From Hydrolagus colliei (lineage: Eukaryota), in contig CM068755.1 of NCBI GenBank assembly GCA_035084275.1, positions 8,928,001 through 8,992,000 on the forward strand: a stretch of DNA of 64,000 bases, written 5' to 3'. Under the pieces are notes generated by a model, which searched no databases, was not told the origin of the DNA, and saw nothing but the letters and a program-made list of their open reading frames with translations. A program made the translations under genes and the position numbers. Within the stretch, counting starts at the first letter, position 1, and each line of letters opens with the position of its first letter. Below are positions 25,201 through 36,610 of this stretch, one piece after another.

Positions 25201-25812
25201 GCCCCAGGATCCGTGTTGTGAAGCAGTCTGAGACGCCATCTGGTGTGGAGGGCGCTATATAAATCCAAGTTGTTATCAATCCAAGTTGTTGTTGGAGTAC
25301 AAAGTGGTGGAGGAATAAATTTATGAAGCATTTTCTAGGTATTATGCTGTAGCTTTGAGATTGCAGAGGCAGAATAAGCTGCTGCCTCTTCTGCCTAATA
25401 AGTAGCAGACTTAGAATAGAAAGAAGTGGCACATGATTTGGTGACTACAGAATTACGTGTCAAAAATGTGATAAGGAAAACTTAATCAGAAAAACGTGTT
25501 CTGGGAAAGGATCTAGAAAATAAGAACAAAATTATTTGGCTTTAATCTACTAGGAGCAACCTGCAGGTCAAGTGGTTTATCCTGTTATTTTAATGATTCA
25601 AATATTTAATTGTATTTCAGGTAGAAGGAAGGACCTCTTTGATTGACACTTTCAAGCAACTGTTGGTTGAAGAAGGTGCTTGGGGCATAACTAAGGGTCT
25701 GTCAGCGCGGATCATATCCTCAACCCCAACAACCCTGGCCTTGGTGATTGGTTATGAAACTCTGAAGAAACTCAGTCTGAAACCGGAGCTGATAGAGTCT
25801 CGACACTGGTAG
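22265..25812 (+). CDS. SLC25A44: Solute carrier family 25 member 44-like mitochondrial carrier, 3 coding exons, 310 aa
   Basis: Coding exons 22265-22877 (ATG; acceptor TTGCAG ends at 22229), 23972-24099, 25621-25812 (TAG); 933 nt in frame. N-terminus MQEKRNIQIIEWEDLDKRKFY, carrier signatures PATLIRTRLQ, PIDVISQHLM, PMDVVRARLQ, C-terminus ELIESRHW. Which paralogue it is remains uncertain. Confidence 0.92.
24183..24492 (-). mobile_element. Full-length SINE, same family, in an SLC25A44-like intron
   Basis: Head, core (short deletion) and tail all align by eye to 36303-36610. Confidence 0.85.
25145..25292 (+). mobile_element. Short L2 3' end, same subfamily as 59575-59706
   Basis: Shares TTCGACTGTG..TTTGGTCACC...GGATCCGT...GTGAAGC..TCTGAGACGCCATC.GGTGTGGAGG..CTATATAAAT with that copy. 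Confidence 0.7.
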
Positions 25813-27656
25813 TGAGTGACTTAACATGGTATAAATGAGTTAATTCCATAAGGTGAAGTAAGCATTTGCTGTAACCTAATTTGGGCAGGACGGCCTAAAT
25901 TTTAAATTCTAATGATATAGGGACCTTTTATTGAAACTCAAACAGATGAACTATATACATGTGAACTTTTTCAATTAAAAAAAATTGTTATTCCCCATTC
26001 AACTTCATTGACAATTTCACATTCTGGGGCCATATTATCATAGGGTGTTATAGCTTACATGATTCAAATAATTGTGAATAAGATCAGTGTATTGCTAAGA
26101 AAGGGTTACATGATTACTTGCTCTTCATGAGTATGAATATATATTTATTGTGATGGGTGTTCATGCTCTAGGGAGAATAAAATGATTGTAAAATCCTTTA
26201 AACCTTCTATTTTTATTGTTTCTGCACGTGCTCTTCAAATACACTATAATTACAGGATATGTACTTTTGTAAAGTGAAATAAATGGGTATATCAAAATCT
26301 CATGATTTAACATGGCATATTCCTGCTATTGACTGTGGATGGATAGAACGTTCTGGAACTGAATAAAAGTCATCTTGAGTTCAAGTGAAGTTGGACAATT
26401 TTCATTTTCATATCATATGGCATCATCTCAACCTTTTCTTATATAATGAGCATACAATATGTCTGGCATTTGAGTTCCAATGAATTACAAATGCCTGCAT
26501 TTATCCCTGTCAGCTGATGCATTTGTAATGTAGGATGGCACTGGGATTCGTAGCTCTGGCGAGGACCATTGTGATTCAGTAGCTGGGACAAAGTTGAAAC
26601 ATATATAATACACTTTCTTATGCTTCTTAAATTAGTAAAACTCTATCCACCTCTCTTATCTCTTAATACTGTTTATATTCACACCCTATAAAGTAGTTAA
26701 ATCTAGATGTAAAGTAACCTAGCCTGTAGAATTTCACAAGAAATTCAGGAAGAGAAGGAAGTTTTTCATTGTCCTGACCAATCACCCCACCCCCAAGTTA
26801 ATTTTTTAAAAAAGTTGATTCATATCATGGTTGTTTGCTATGTACAAAATTGGCTAGTATGTTCCCTTACAAATACGCAGAAAACCATGAAGCACTTTGG
26901 TATGTTCAATGATAAGGCATCCAGTTATGCTAGATACAGTATGTAGAATACATGAGCACTAGAGGGCACTGTTGCTAAAACCATAGAATTGTTTTACAGC
27001 AAGCAAAATACTGTATACTACATTAACATGAAGCCCTTAGATGGGTTTGTCACTATTTCATAGAAGGAAAGAGCCCAAAAGATCTCAGCTGAATTATCAA
27101 GAAATGATACACAAGCAGCAAAGTTTTATTTATATATAACAGTGGGGACTATAGTGAATTTTAGAAACCTCAGTCAGAAAGTAGGAAGGAGCGGTGTTCT
27201 TGCAGGTTGGTATGACTGACACCCGTATTCCTTATTCAGGAATCGTTTTTTAAAAAGTATTGAACAAAGGGTTTGATTCCTACTCGATGATTCCTATCGT
27301 AGGAGGAGGGAGTCAGCTCCTCGAGGTAGTCCCAACATTCTGTTAGATCATGGCTGATCTGTACCTCAACTCAGGTTCAAATCAGTGAACAGATGGTTGA
27401 TTTGGTCGGTTCATAAGTTAATTCCTTTTCAGAACTCTGACTGTTTTGCGGGTATCTTTACCCTCCTCACTCCTCTCGTCTCCCATCCCAAGCTTGGGAG
27501 CCCATCCAGCATGTTAAGTTGCCTCCCGTATGAACACTACACTCCCATTCAGTGTTTTTGACTGTTCCCATCTTAAAATTAGCAGTTGTTTTTGTGATGT
27601 TAGAATGGGAAGGTCCAGATTGAGGGAAAAGAAAATATCACTTATCTTGTGCATAA

Positions 27657-29569
27657 TAGGGAACGGCGATATGGGATTTTTCCGGATATGGATATATCGG
27701 TTTGCTCATACCTGCTTAAACCGATCTATCGAGTTTTTATACTGCGCATGCGCGTGCATTCGAAGTGCGCGTGCATTGATGGCGCGCGCGCATTCATGGT
27801 GCGCGCTCAGTCGTGGTGCGCGCGCATTGACAGTGCGTCCGCACTGACGATGCGCGCGCAGTCGCGATGCACGCACATTTCGAAATGCGTGCTCTAGGTC
27901 CAGAAAGTTTGTAATGTTGGTGTCAAGGTCTGTTGAATTATACGATGTTGTTTGCTCTTTACCTCCCCCTCTCCTTCTCTCCCTCCTCTCCCCTCTCCTC
28001 TCCCTCCTCTCCTCTCTCCTTCTCTCCCTCCTTTCCCCTCTCCTTCTCTCCCTCCCTTCCCCTCTCCGTCTCTCCCTCCCCCTCCACTCTCCCCTCTCCC
28101 TCCTCCCTGTCTCCTCTCCCTCCTTTCCCCCTCTCCTTCTCTCCCTCCCCCTCCCTCCCTCCCCTCTCTCCTTCTCTCCCTCCTTTCCACTCGCTCCTTC
28201 TCTCCCTCCTTTCCCCCTCTCCTTCTCTCCCTCCCTCCCTCCCTCTCCTCCTCTCTCCTTCTCTCCCTCCTTTCCCCTCGCTCCTTCTCTCCCTCCTTTC
28301 ACCCTCTCCTTCTCTCCCTCCCTCTTCTCTCTTCCTCTCTCCTTCTCTCCCAACTTTCCCCCTCTCCTTCTCTCCCTCCCTCCCTTGCCTCTCTCCTTCT
28401 CTCCCTCCTTTCCCCTCGCTCCTTCTCTCCCTCCTTTCCCCTTCTCATTCTCTCCCTCCCTCTCCTCTCTTCCTCTCTCCTTCACTCCCAACTTTCCCCC
28501 TCTCCTTGTCTCCCTCCATCTCTAAACACAAAATAGAACACACACACACCAAAAACAAAATCTAGAGATTTATTCTCCTCCATTTCTTGCTTGAAAGTAG
28601 CATGTAATGTCCACGTGTAAATGAGATCTATTACAATAGAAAAGAGAGAGACAGACAGTCTGACTGTTAGAGTTAGAAGCCAGATTATCACTGCTGTGTG
28701 TGTCTGACTAGACATACACATAGAAGCAGTGATAATCTGGCTTCTAACTCTCTCACACACAAAAATAACACAGCCACAAAATGCCACTTATTTTTATGTA
28801 GTCTGAAGTCTGAATTAATGTCCTTCGCCATTGGCAAGCTCTCCTTTGCTATGCAAAAAGTGACAGCGTTCGTGATACTTTGCCACTTTTTGTCCCCTCG
28901 CTGGTACAATGTTCTCCTCTTAAATAAAGCAGGAATTGTTTGATCTGCACTGGCCCCACTACCTGTCGCTTTCTCCGAAGCGCTGGTTCCACTTCCTGCT
29001 GTTGTCGACAATGATTTCGCTCTGAGGGCAGCGTGCTGTGCTGCTTAATGTGATGTCGCAGGTTGCTCGTGATCGAATCAGATGTCTTAACCAAGACCTT
29101 GCAAACTGTACATCTATAAACACCATTACTGACTGCATTGTTTTCAAAGTAGTCCCATACGGGGCTTCTTTTCCCCATGATGAGACAGGTAAATTTTCAA
29201 ACTACAATTTTCAGCGATGCGACTTTGTTAAGACGCCACGACTCACGTCGAGTATACACAGTAAAGTGTGCGCGCGCATCGGATGTGCGCGCCCGTTAAT
29301 TGTGCGCGCGCACCGAATGTACGCGCATTCCATGCTCTAGATCTAGGAGGTTGCAATGCCGGCGACAAGGTAAGCTGGAAAAGATCGCATTACACTGATA
29401 ATACCAACAATATTGATATATTGCCAGGAACGATATTAAAAATATATCGATGTATATTTTTAAAATCGAATCTCTCGATATAACGGTTTTTTTAGAATCA
29501 CCATATCGGCATACCGATCTGAAAATCATATCGGGTTTAATCGAAAAACCGATTAATCGCCGTTCCCTA
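27657..29569 (-). mobile_element. Non-autonomous hAT DNA transposon with BED-finger fragment and internal CT-rich tract
   Basis: Perfect 14-bp TIRs TAGGGAACGGCGAT; 8-bp TSD GTGCATAA (27649-27656) / GTGCATAC (29570-29577); BED finger MGKRSPVWDYF...CTVC...NLRHHIKQH from 29178 on minus, frameshifted and truncated near 28830. Confidence 0.9.
27960..28522. repeat. Polypyrimidine/polypurine (CT-rich) minisatellite-like tract
   Basis: About 560 nt almost entirely C/T on plus, recurring unit CTCTCCTTCTCTCCCTCCTTTCCC; accounts for the overlapping low-complexity ORFs. Confidence 0.95.
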
Positions 29570-31287
29570 GTGCATACACACACTGCATGTGTAGCATCCT
29601 GGTGGACAGATGTTTAATTGTAACAACTTAGTACAGCTTGGTGACTTGGCGCTAAGTGTGTGATATGGTGCCTGCATAATGTGGCACTGTGTGGTAAATC
29701 ACAGGTTCGCATTCAATGCGCTTATAATCTCATCTGTCCATTAGGGGGAAACGCTGAGAGGAAGTTTCTCCTTAACCAAAGGGTAAAACAAGAGATCCAG
29801 AGTTCATGTTGCAATAACATGTCATTTCTTATCAGAATGTTCTTGTTGCTATAATAATATTAGAGTTTGAGTAAAGGTGCTGTTTGCTTATTAAGCTCTG
29901 AGGGCACAATATACAGTAAACACAAGTTGTAGCCTGCATGTTTTTCTGTCTCTACCTATCTGGTGATCTGGTTTTCTCCCTTTAGCTTCCTGTTTGCATT
30001 ATTATTCAACCTTTCATCACATCTTATTCCCTGTTTTTTCGCCTTCTGATTAAATCCAATCTCCTTCCCTCCCTGTATTCCTCACTTTTGCCTTTTTTCT
30101 TATTGGTTGACTGCATGATACTTATTGGTTTGTCTTCTTGCTTGCTAGCCTGTGGCACTGCAGACTTACCTCCCTGCTGAACACACTTGATTATTTACTA
30201 GACCTCTTCACGATTGCCTGGCACACAAGCTGTCAATCTGATTTCATAAACTTGTTTGCCTCTATCTGATTGTTTGGTCGCTTATCTGCTTGCTTCACTG
30301 TTTTGTTTGCCTGGCTTAGTTTATTCTCTGCCTGTTTGTCTCTGCTTGAATTGTGGACAAACTGGCTGAGCTGATTTCTTAATGATATGCCCAGTTAACT
30401 TGTAAAATAATTTATAAAAGATGAAGAACACTATCACATTGTTGATGTGAATTTGAGACTGGTACAAATGCTTCCATAAATGGCATGGAGGTGGATGTGA
30501 CCTTACATAGTACAGTATATGTCTGCTGTACATGAACAAATCTGTAAAGACAGGTAAGATTTTTTCCCTGTATTCAGGCGAACTGTGACCCAATTTTGCC
30601 ATGTTGATAGGGCGGATGATGAGAGTTGTCCTGACAGATCCATATGTGGCAATTTCCTACCAGTAAAGTTAATGAGGGAGTTCAAAAGGCTTACAGACAA
30701 GACAATGAAATTAGAAGGGTTCTGCATGGTTAGATGATGAGACTATGTCCCTGCTTCTTTCACACAGTATAGAGTCTTCATAATTTGTTCATCTGTTACA
30801 TGTTGTGACAATTCACTCAATAACTCAAACTAATGGTGATTCAAGCATAAAGTTCATTCGGGGGTTATAGCAGGTGCTGCCATTGCTAAAATGGCAATTT
30901 AAAATTAAGTAAACTGAATTCTTATGAATGGAATATTAGATCTTTTATTTTGTGGTGCAGTGTAAGAATCAAGCAGCTGTAATGAAGGCATCTCACTGGC
31001 TCTTTGATTTAACAATAGTACAGGCACCACTGTGGACCGCTACAAGCTCCGCAGGCCTCTGGAGCAGATGACGTACAGGAGTTTCAAAAGGTCCTCGAGA
31101 GTTTGGGTTCGAATGAAATTACGTGCCTAATTTTTATGCCCTATATATACTATGGAACATAATTCAATTGTGTCTCCAGAATCCCTTTGCTGTTATTATC
31201 AATGCAGTCACTAACATGTTGTGAACTCCACAGACGAGCAAATTAATAATAATCCGAAGCATTCGATTTTCGTTTTACAATAAAAAT

Positions 31288-31700
31288 CATAATAATCTTT
31301 GCATTTGATATAGCGTCGTATCATGTTATTGATACATCTCAGCGTTTCACAGAATATACTAGAAAGTGAATTGACTATTTTGTGGTCGAAACGCGGCAGC
31401 CAATTGCACACTACAGTATCCCACAAGCAGTCGTGGATCGATTGACCAAATCATTATATATTTTTGATGAAGTTAGTACCCCCAGAAAGCTATCTACCAA
31501 TTGACTAATAATAATTATATATATAATAATCCTTGCATTTGATACAGCGCTTTCCACATCTTATCAACGTCCCAAAGCGCTTCACAGAATATACTGTAAA
31601 GTGAATTGACTATATATTTGTGGGCGAATCGCGGCAGCCAATTGTGCACAGCAGTGTCCCACACACAGTCGTGGATTGAAATGACCAATTTTATTATTGT
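31288..31700 (-). mobile_element. Two tandem 5'-truncated SINE copies
   Basis: Copies at about 31288-31450 and 31524-31700, same orientation, core plus tail only. Confidence 0.8.
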
Positions 31701-32689
31701 AGTTTAACTGGGTTCTTACATATCAATGGATACAGCAATGGGAATTTATTTGATGGGAATTTAACTTAGTATTGTCCCATTGTAATTACAAAGAATAGTT
31801 TTTATTGTACTCATTAATTGTAAACATGTAAGCCACGTACCATTAACTTTGAAGAAACTGGAATCCTACATTTGCAAGATTTGGATCTTCAGGCTTGGTC
31901 ATAAAGCTAACAGATCAGCATTGTTCATTCATAAGTGTTTATTAAATCACTGAAATCACGGATGAATTCATCATTAAATTAACAGGCCATTGCGCTAATA
32001 TGCAACAATCACCTCAAACCTATTGAAGAAAATCAGTCAGGGGCAACTTATTCACTCATAATGTATCGGGGTCAAAAGTAGATTAAGCCGTGGCTGCAGC
32101 TAGCAGCCTGTGGTGTCAAATGGTTTTCCTGAGCTCAAATAATGAAAGACTAAATCAGTAAACAGTTGACAAGTTGCAACTGAGTTAAAACATACTTTTC
32201 TTCTGTTCAAAACCTTTGTTTCATGCGAATTCTCACATCGAGACACCAGTGCTATGGTGATACAGTCTAGACAGCATAATGCATTTTTGTAGTGCAGAGA
32301 AATCCTCTCTGTTCACAAGTGCCAGAGTTTAAGAAGTTACTGTTTAAAAATAAATACGGATATCTTCCTGAATAGCATTATCGAAACATAAGAAATTTAA
32401 GAAACATTTGGTTTGCAAGAGATGTGTTTTTTCTCCTCATCCACTTTCTTGGATCTCTGCATTCTACACAGACACCATCCTCTACTTCTCATGCTAATGC
32501 CATTCCTCTGTCTCCTTGCTGTCCACTATCCTTCTGTCTCTACATTGTTACCCACCGTCCTTCAATCTCTCCCAAAGAGCCACAGAAATCTGCAACGCAG
32601 TAGGAAGCCATTCTGGCTGGTATATTAATCTCGGTATTTGTTCCCCCAGTGAAGCATCTATCCTAATCCCAGTTCACTGCTCTTTCCCC

Positions 32690-33230
32690 AAGTCCTCAAT
32701 AATTCTTCCCCACCCATGTGCCTGTCCAATTCATTTTCAAATGTCACAATTGAGTCCACTAACAGCTGACCCATTCATTCCATACTCCTTTCCTTGAACC
32801 TCCTCCTTCTTGTTCCTAGTTATAATCATAAATTCCTCAATTCTATTACAAGCAGAAATTATTTATCTATTATTTATCCCCTCAAATCCTATCATTATCT
32901 TTGTAGCTCTGTATAATGCCACCCCTCAACCTTCTTTGCTCAATGGAAAACGTCCTAACTTTTTCAGCCTCTCCTCAGCCCTCGTCTTAGGTATTATTTT
33001 AATAAATCTACCTGCTCCATAGCTTTAATATACTTGCTATATTAAAATATATTAAAGCATGGTGCCCAACACTGCGTATATGATTCTAGTGGCAGCCTAA
33101 ACAACATTTTAATGCTTTTGAATTTAATGGATTTGTATATAAAACCCAAAAAGCTGTTTGCTCTTTTTGCTTTAGGTATCAACCTGTAATCCACCTTTAA
33201 CAATATTTCTAGTTGTACCCTGACCAATGC
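32690..33230 (-). mobile_element. Degraded CR1 LINE fragment
   Basis: Minus-strand remnant KAKRANSFLGFI...LPLESYTQCWAP resembles the CR1 ORF2 C-terminal region; boundaries approximate. Confidence 0.55.
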
Positions 33231-33759
33231 ATCTGTTCTCGACTTACAAGCAAGAGACCTGAATATTGCAGAAAATTCACTTTACAGTATATTCTGTGAA
33301 GCGCTTTGAAATGTCTAGAAGATGTGAAAAGCGTATGCAAGGATTATTATTATTATTATTATTATTTCTCTAAATTTCCTGCTTCTCTGCATTTAATTCC
33401 ACTTCCACAAATCCACCGGCTTGGCTAATATGTAAATGTCGGTCTTTAGCCTCCTGCACCTCTTCCATCACTGTTAACAACACCTCCTAATTTAGTATCC
33501 CTGCACCATTCAATACTGGGACAATCTCACTCTAACACAAGACTTGAAGGGCTCATAGAATCTCTACCCTTTTTTTCCTTCCCTCTCTAAGGAAATGTCT
33601 GATTCCTGCTCAATGCATCCCCACACAGCGTGGACTCAGAGCAGACCCATCCTGTTGGAGAACAAACTTTGGCAAAGGAAAACCAAAGCCGTCTCAGTCA
33701 AGTTATATTATCAGAGAATAATCAGTAGTATACATTTTGTCTCTTTTGGTCACCACAAT

Positions 33760-34120
33760 ACATTATATACTTTTTTGAAAAGGTATATTGGCAGGAAAAT
33801 TGAGGGATCTGCACAATCCAGAGCACTATTTTCAGTCAGAAGGCTTGTGACACGTGATAACATAAGTGTGCGACTGCTAGAAGCAGATTTAATAGGGAGT
33901 CTGGGAGGAACTTCTGCACACAGAGGGTGGAGGGAGCTGTGCCTGAAGCAAAATGCAACATATTTCTGAGAAAGCTTGATGCATATGTGAGGGTGAGGGG
34001 ATTAGAGGGTAAGACAATTAGGTAATAAGAGGGATGGGGGATTGTGGAGTATAAACACTGGAAAAGACCAATTTGGCCAAATGGCCTGTTCTGTGCTGAA
34101 TCATTCTATATAGAATCATA
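33760..34120 (+). mobile_element. Degraded CR1 LINE 3' end
   Basis: Resembles the 41632-42080 copy (ACTATTTTCAGT, CACAGAGGGTGG, AAATGGCCTGTTCTGTGCTG, ATTCTAT tail); boundaries approximate. Confidence 0.5.
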
Positions 34121-36302
34121 TAAACGTCTAACTCCCTTTTAAAAGTTATATACAGTGTAATTCTATGCATAAGCAGCCATAGCATCACTGAGCTGCAGAA
34201 GATCAATCCAGGTAGAGTTGGATACAAACAGCAAATTAGGTTGATAGTAACATGGCTAAAATCTGTTGCTGCAGTGCACTTCCTGTTCATACATTGATTC
34301 ACATTAAAGGTCTTTGTATGTAACTTCATTCATCATCCTGTGTTTCCTGTGGTCAATCTCTACAGTGTAATTTTTGGGGAATTGTTTATGGTCACATTTA
34401 AGTAACATTTGTTATGCACTTGTCAAATATTTACTTGCCATGTATTTGCCACGCATTTCATTTTTCTTATCTGTCTCCAGAATGCTGACCAAGGCTTTTG
34501 TGTGTTTTTCCTGTTAGACCCGAAGACACCAGATGTTTGTGAAAGGAATGCTGGCAGATAGGGCACATGCTGTCCCGGCACTGTCTGTCATCCTTCTTTC
34601 CCCAGGAGAAAGTCCATTCACATGACCTGATCATTTCAGTAGCCATCCATCAGTTGCCTTTTGTCATGCACCTGCCAGGACAACAGAGGGAAAGCTGATG
34701 GAATTACGTAGCCCAGAACAATAAAATGCAGCCAGGCATCAACCACATTATCAAGCAAATGGATACCACCTCAGTCATCACCTCGGGCAATCCATTGATG
34801 CCGACAATACTCAAAAGCAACTCTCCAGTCCTTCATTCATGTGACAGCACAACTGAATATAGGATAGTGACCAAGGTGACCCTCGCCATTCAACTCTCCC
34901 TATCAAAGAATGAAGAAGATCTATGTACATCTGGCAGGGCCTCCTGAAGGTAACACATGAGTGATCATCAGTCCTGTGAAAAATAAGCCTTCAGCGATTG
35001 TTTTCAAGACTACATAAGGTCCACAACTTCTTTTTGACATTACTCTTAAGACCATATGCCTTAAATTGAATTATCTCCATCAATACTATTGGGGTAAAGA
35101 GAACATTCTTTGGACGTCATGGACATTATTCAATCCTTAAATCCATTTAAAGTTTAAAACATAAAACATCTGCTTGCCTTGTTTCCTCTCTTGGATGTGG
35201 GATCGTTGATGTAACAAGCTACTGTTTCCACCAATGCAACCACTGTCAAACATAGGAAGCGTGTACACACCACAAATGTTACAGTTGTTTCTTTCAAATG
35301 GCACAAAGAAATTGGAAACAGAAAGATGTATTTTATTTATCTGTAGAGTACCCCAGTTACTCTTACAAGTCATATGTTTAAATGTGAGTTTTAAATGTTA
35401 TCATACTGGATCTAACATGCCAGTTGTCTCTCAGATTTTCATACATATTTTGTGGGTGAAACGCCACAGCCAGTTGCACACAGCAATGACCCACAACTTG
35501 TGAAAACTGCGTCTCTCCATCCAGTTACTGTATTGTTCTGATGAATCATTAGTAGACTTCCTCCAAGGCCAGTATATATGATTGATATTGTGTACGATTA
35601 AATCAAATGGGCAAAATGATCTTCTTCATTCAAAATGTCTTATTAACATTATTACTGGCAATTGTTTAATTAACAGAATGATATGTCGGATTAATTATAA
35701 TAATAATACCTCAAAGTTAATATACCCTTGTTGGCAGGACATTACTTTGAAAGGAATACTATCAAGTGTAGCAACTGGGTATTTTGCAGGCGAACACCTG
35801 GCAACTGCCACCATTAAGACCATAACTCTCACACAGAGCTACATAATTCTAAGAACAACAAATGCTCTTTTTTCTAAACTCCGAACATGGAGATAAAACT
35901 CAAAATAAATTGTTGAAGTCAAGAGGGAGGTACTGGGTTTCAATTTCAAATAAGCTTAAAGGCTATCAGCACACTTAATTGGATCCTAGCACTGCAATCA
36001 CTCTCTGTCTATACACACTGGCACCTGCAACTTACATTACATTTCAGTTCATCCACTGACCCTGCAAACATCCCAGTGTTCTGCGTTTGGTTTTAATCGA
36101 CTGTGATTTGAAGTGAACAGATTATAATTGGAAGAAATCAAAGCTGCGGAAATATGGTGCAGTCCGAAGTGCTGCTCTTTTTTCAGATTTGATTAATCTT
36201 TTCCACTGTTGATCCTGACTTCTTTAGTCCATCGTTGAGCTTTCTCTATGTTCAGGCAATCCAATTAATAAACCTGTGCTTGAATTAACAGGAAAGTAAT
36301 TA

Positions 36303-36610
36303 TAATAATAATCCTTGCATTTGATACAGCTCCATATCACGTCTTCTAGACGTCTTAAAGCGCTTCACAGAATATACTGTAAAGTAAATTTACTATATTT
36401 GTGGGCGAAATGCGGCAGCGAATTGCGCACAGAAGTGACCCACAAACAATCGTGGATTGAAACGACCAATTTTTTTATTATTGTTTTTTTTCTTGAGAGA
36501 TTATTATTAGCCATGTGGAGTAAGGAAACTTGCCCAAGGTTTTGCCCTGCCTGGAACCCAGATCTCTCGCTTGCAAGGCGAGTGCTCTAACCACTGAGCT
36601 ACAGGACTCC
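36303..36610 (-). mobile_element. Full-length tRNA-derived SINE with Deu-like core and L2-like tail
   Basis: Minus-strand head GGAGTCCTGTAGCTCAGTGGTTAGAGCACTCGCCTTGCAAGCGAG (A box, TGC anticodon loop); core GTGGG..ACT.CTGTGCGCAATT.GCTGCCGC; tail TGTGAAGCGCTTT...AAATGCAAGGA(TTA)n. Confidence 0.85.

Noticed and set aside
27706-28565. Long overlapping ORFs of 194-261 aa (E/R/G-rich or S/P/L-rich)
   Set aside because: They are translations of the CT-rich tract, which lacks stop codons by composition.
30400-30780. Coding-like texture with a CAG/GTAAG donor-like site near 30553
   Set aside because: Stops in all frames and no assignable homology; possibly a decayed transposon gene. BLASTX would be needed.
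34560-34950. Faint Harbinger-transposase-like words on the minus strand (PG.VHD, FLLG)
   Set aside because: Requires frameshifts and is too degenerate to support by eye.
36540-36610. tRNA-Ala(TGC)-like sequence
   Set aside because: It is the SINE head, continuous with SINE body and tail, with no complete acceptor stem; the same applies near 11640, 24430 and 41530.
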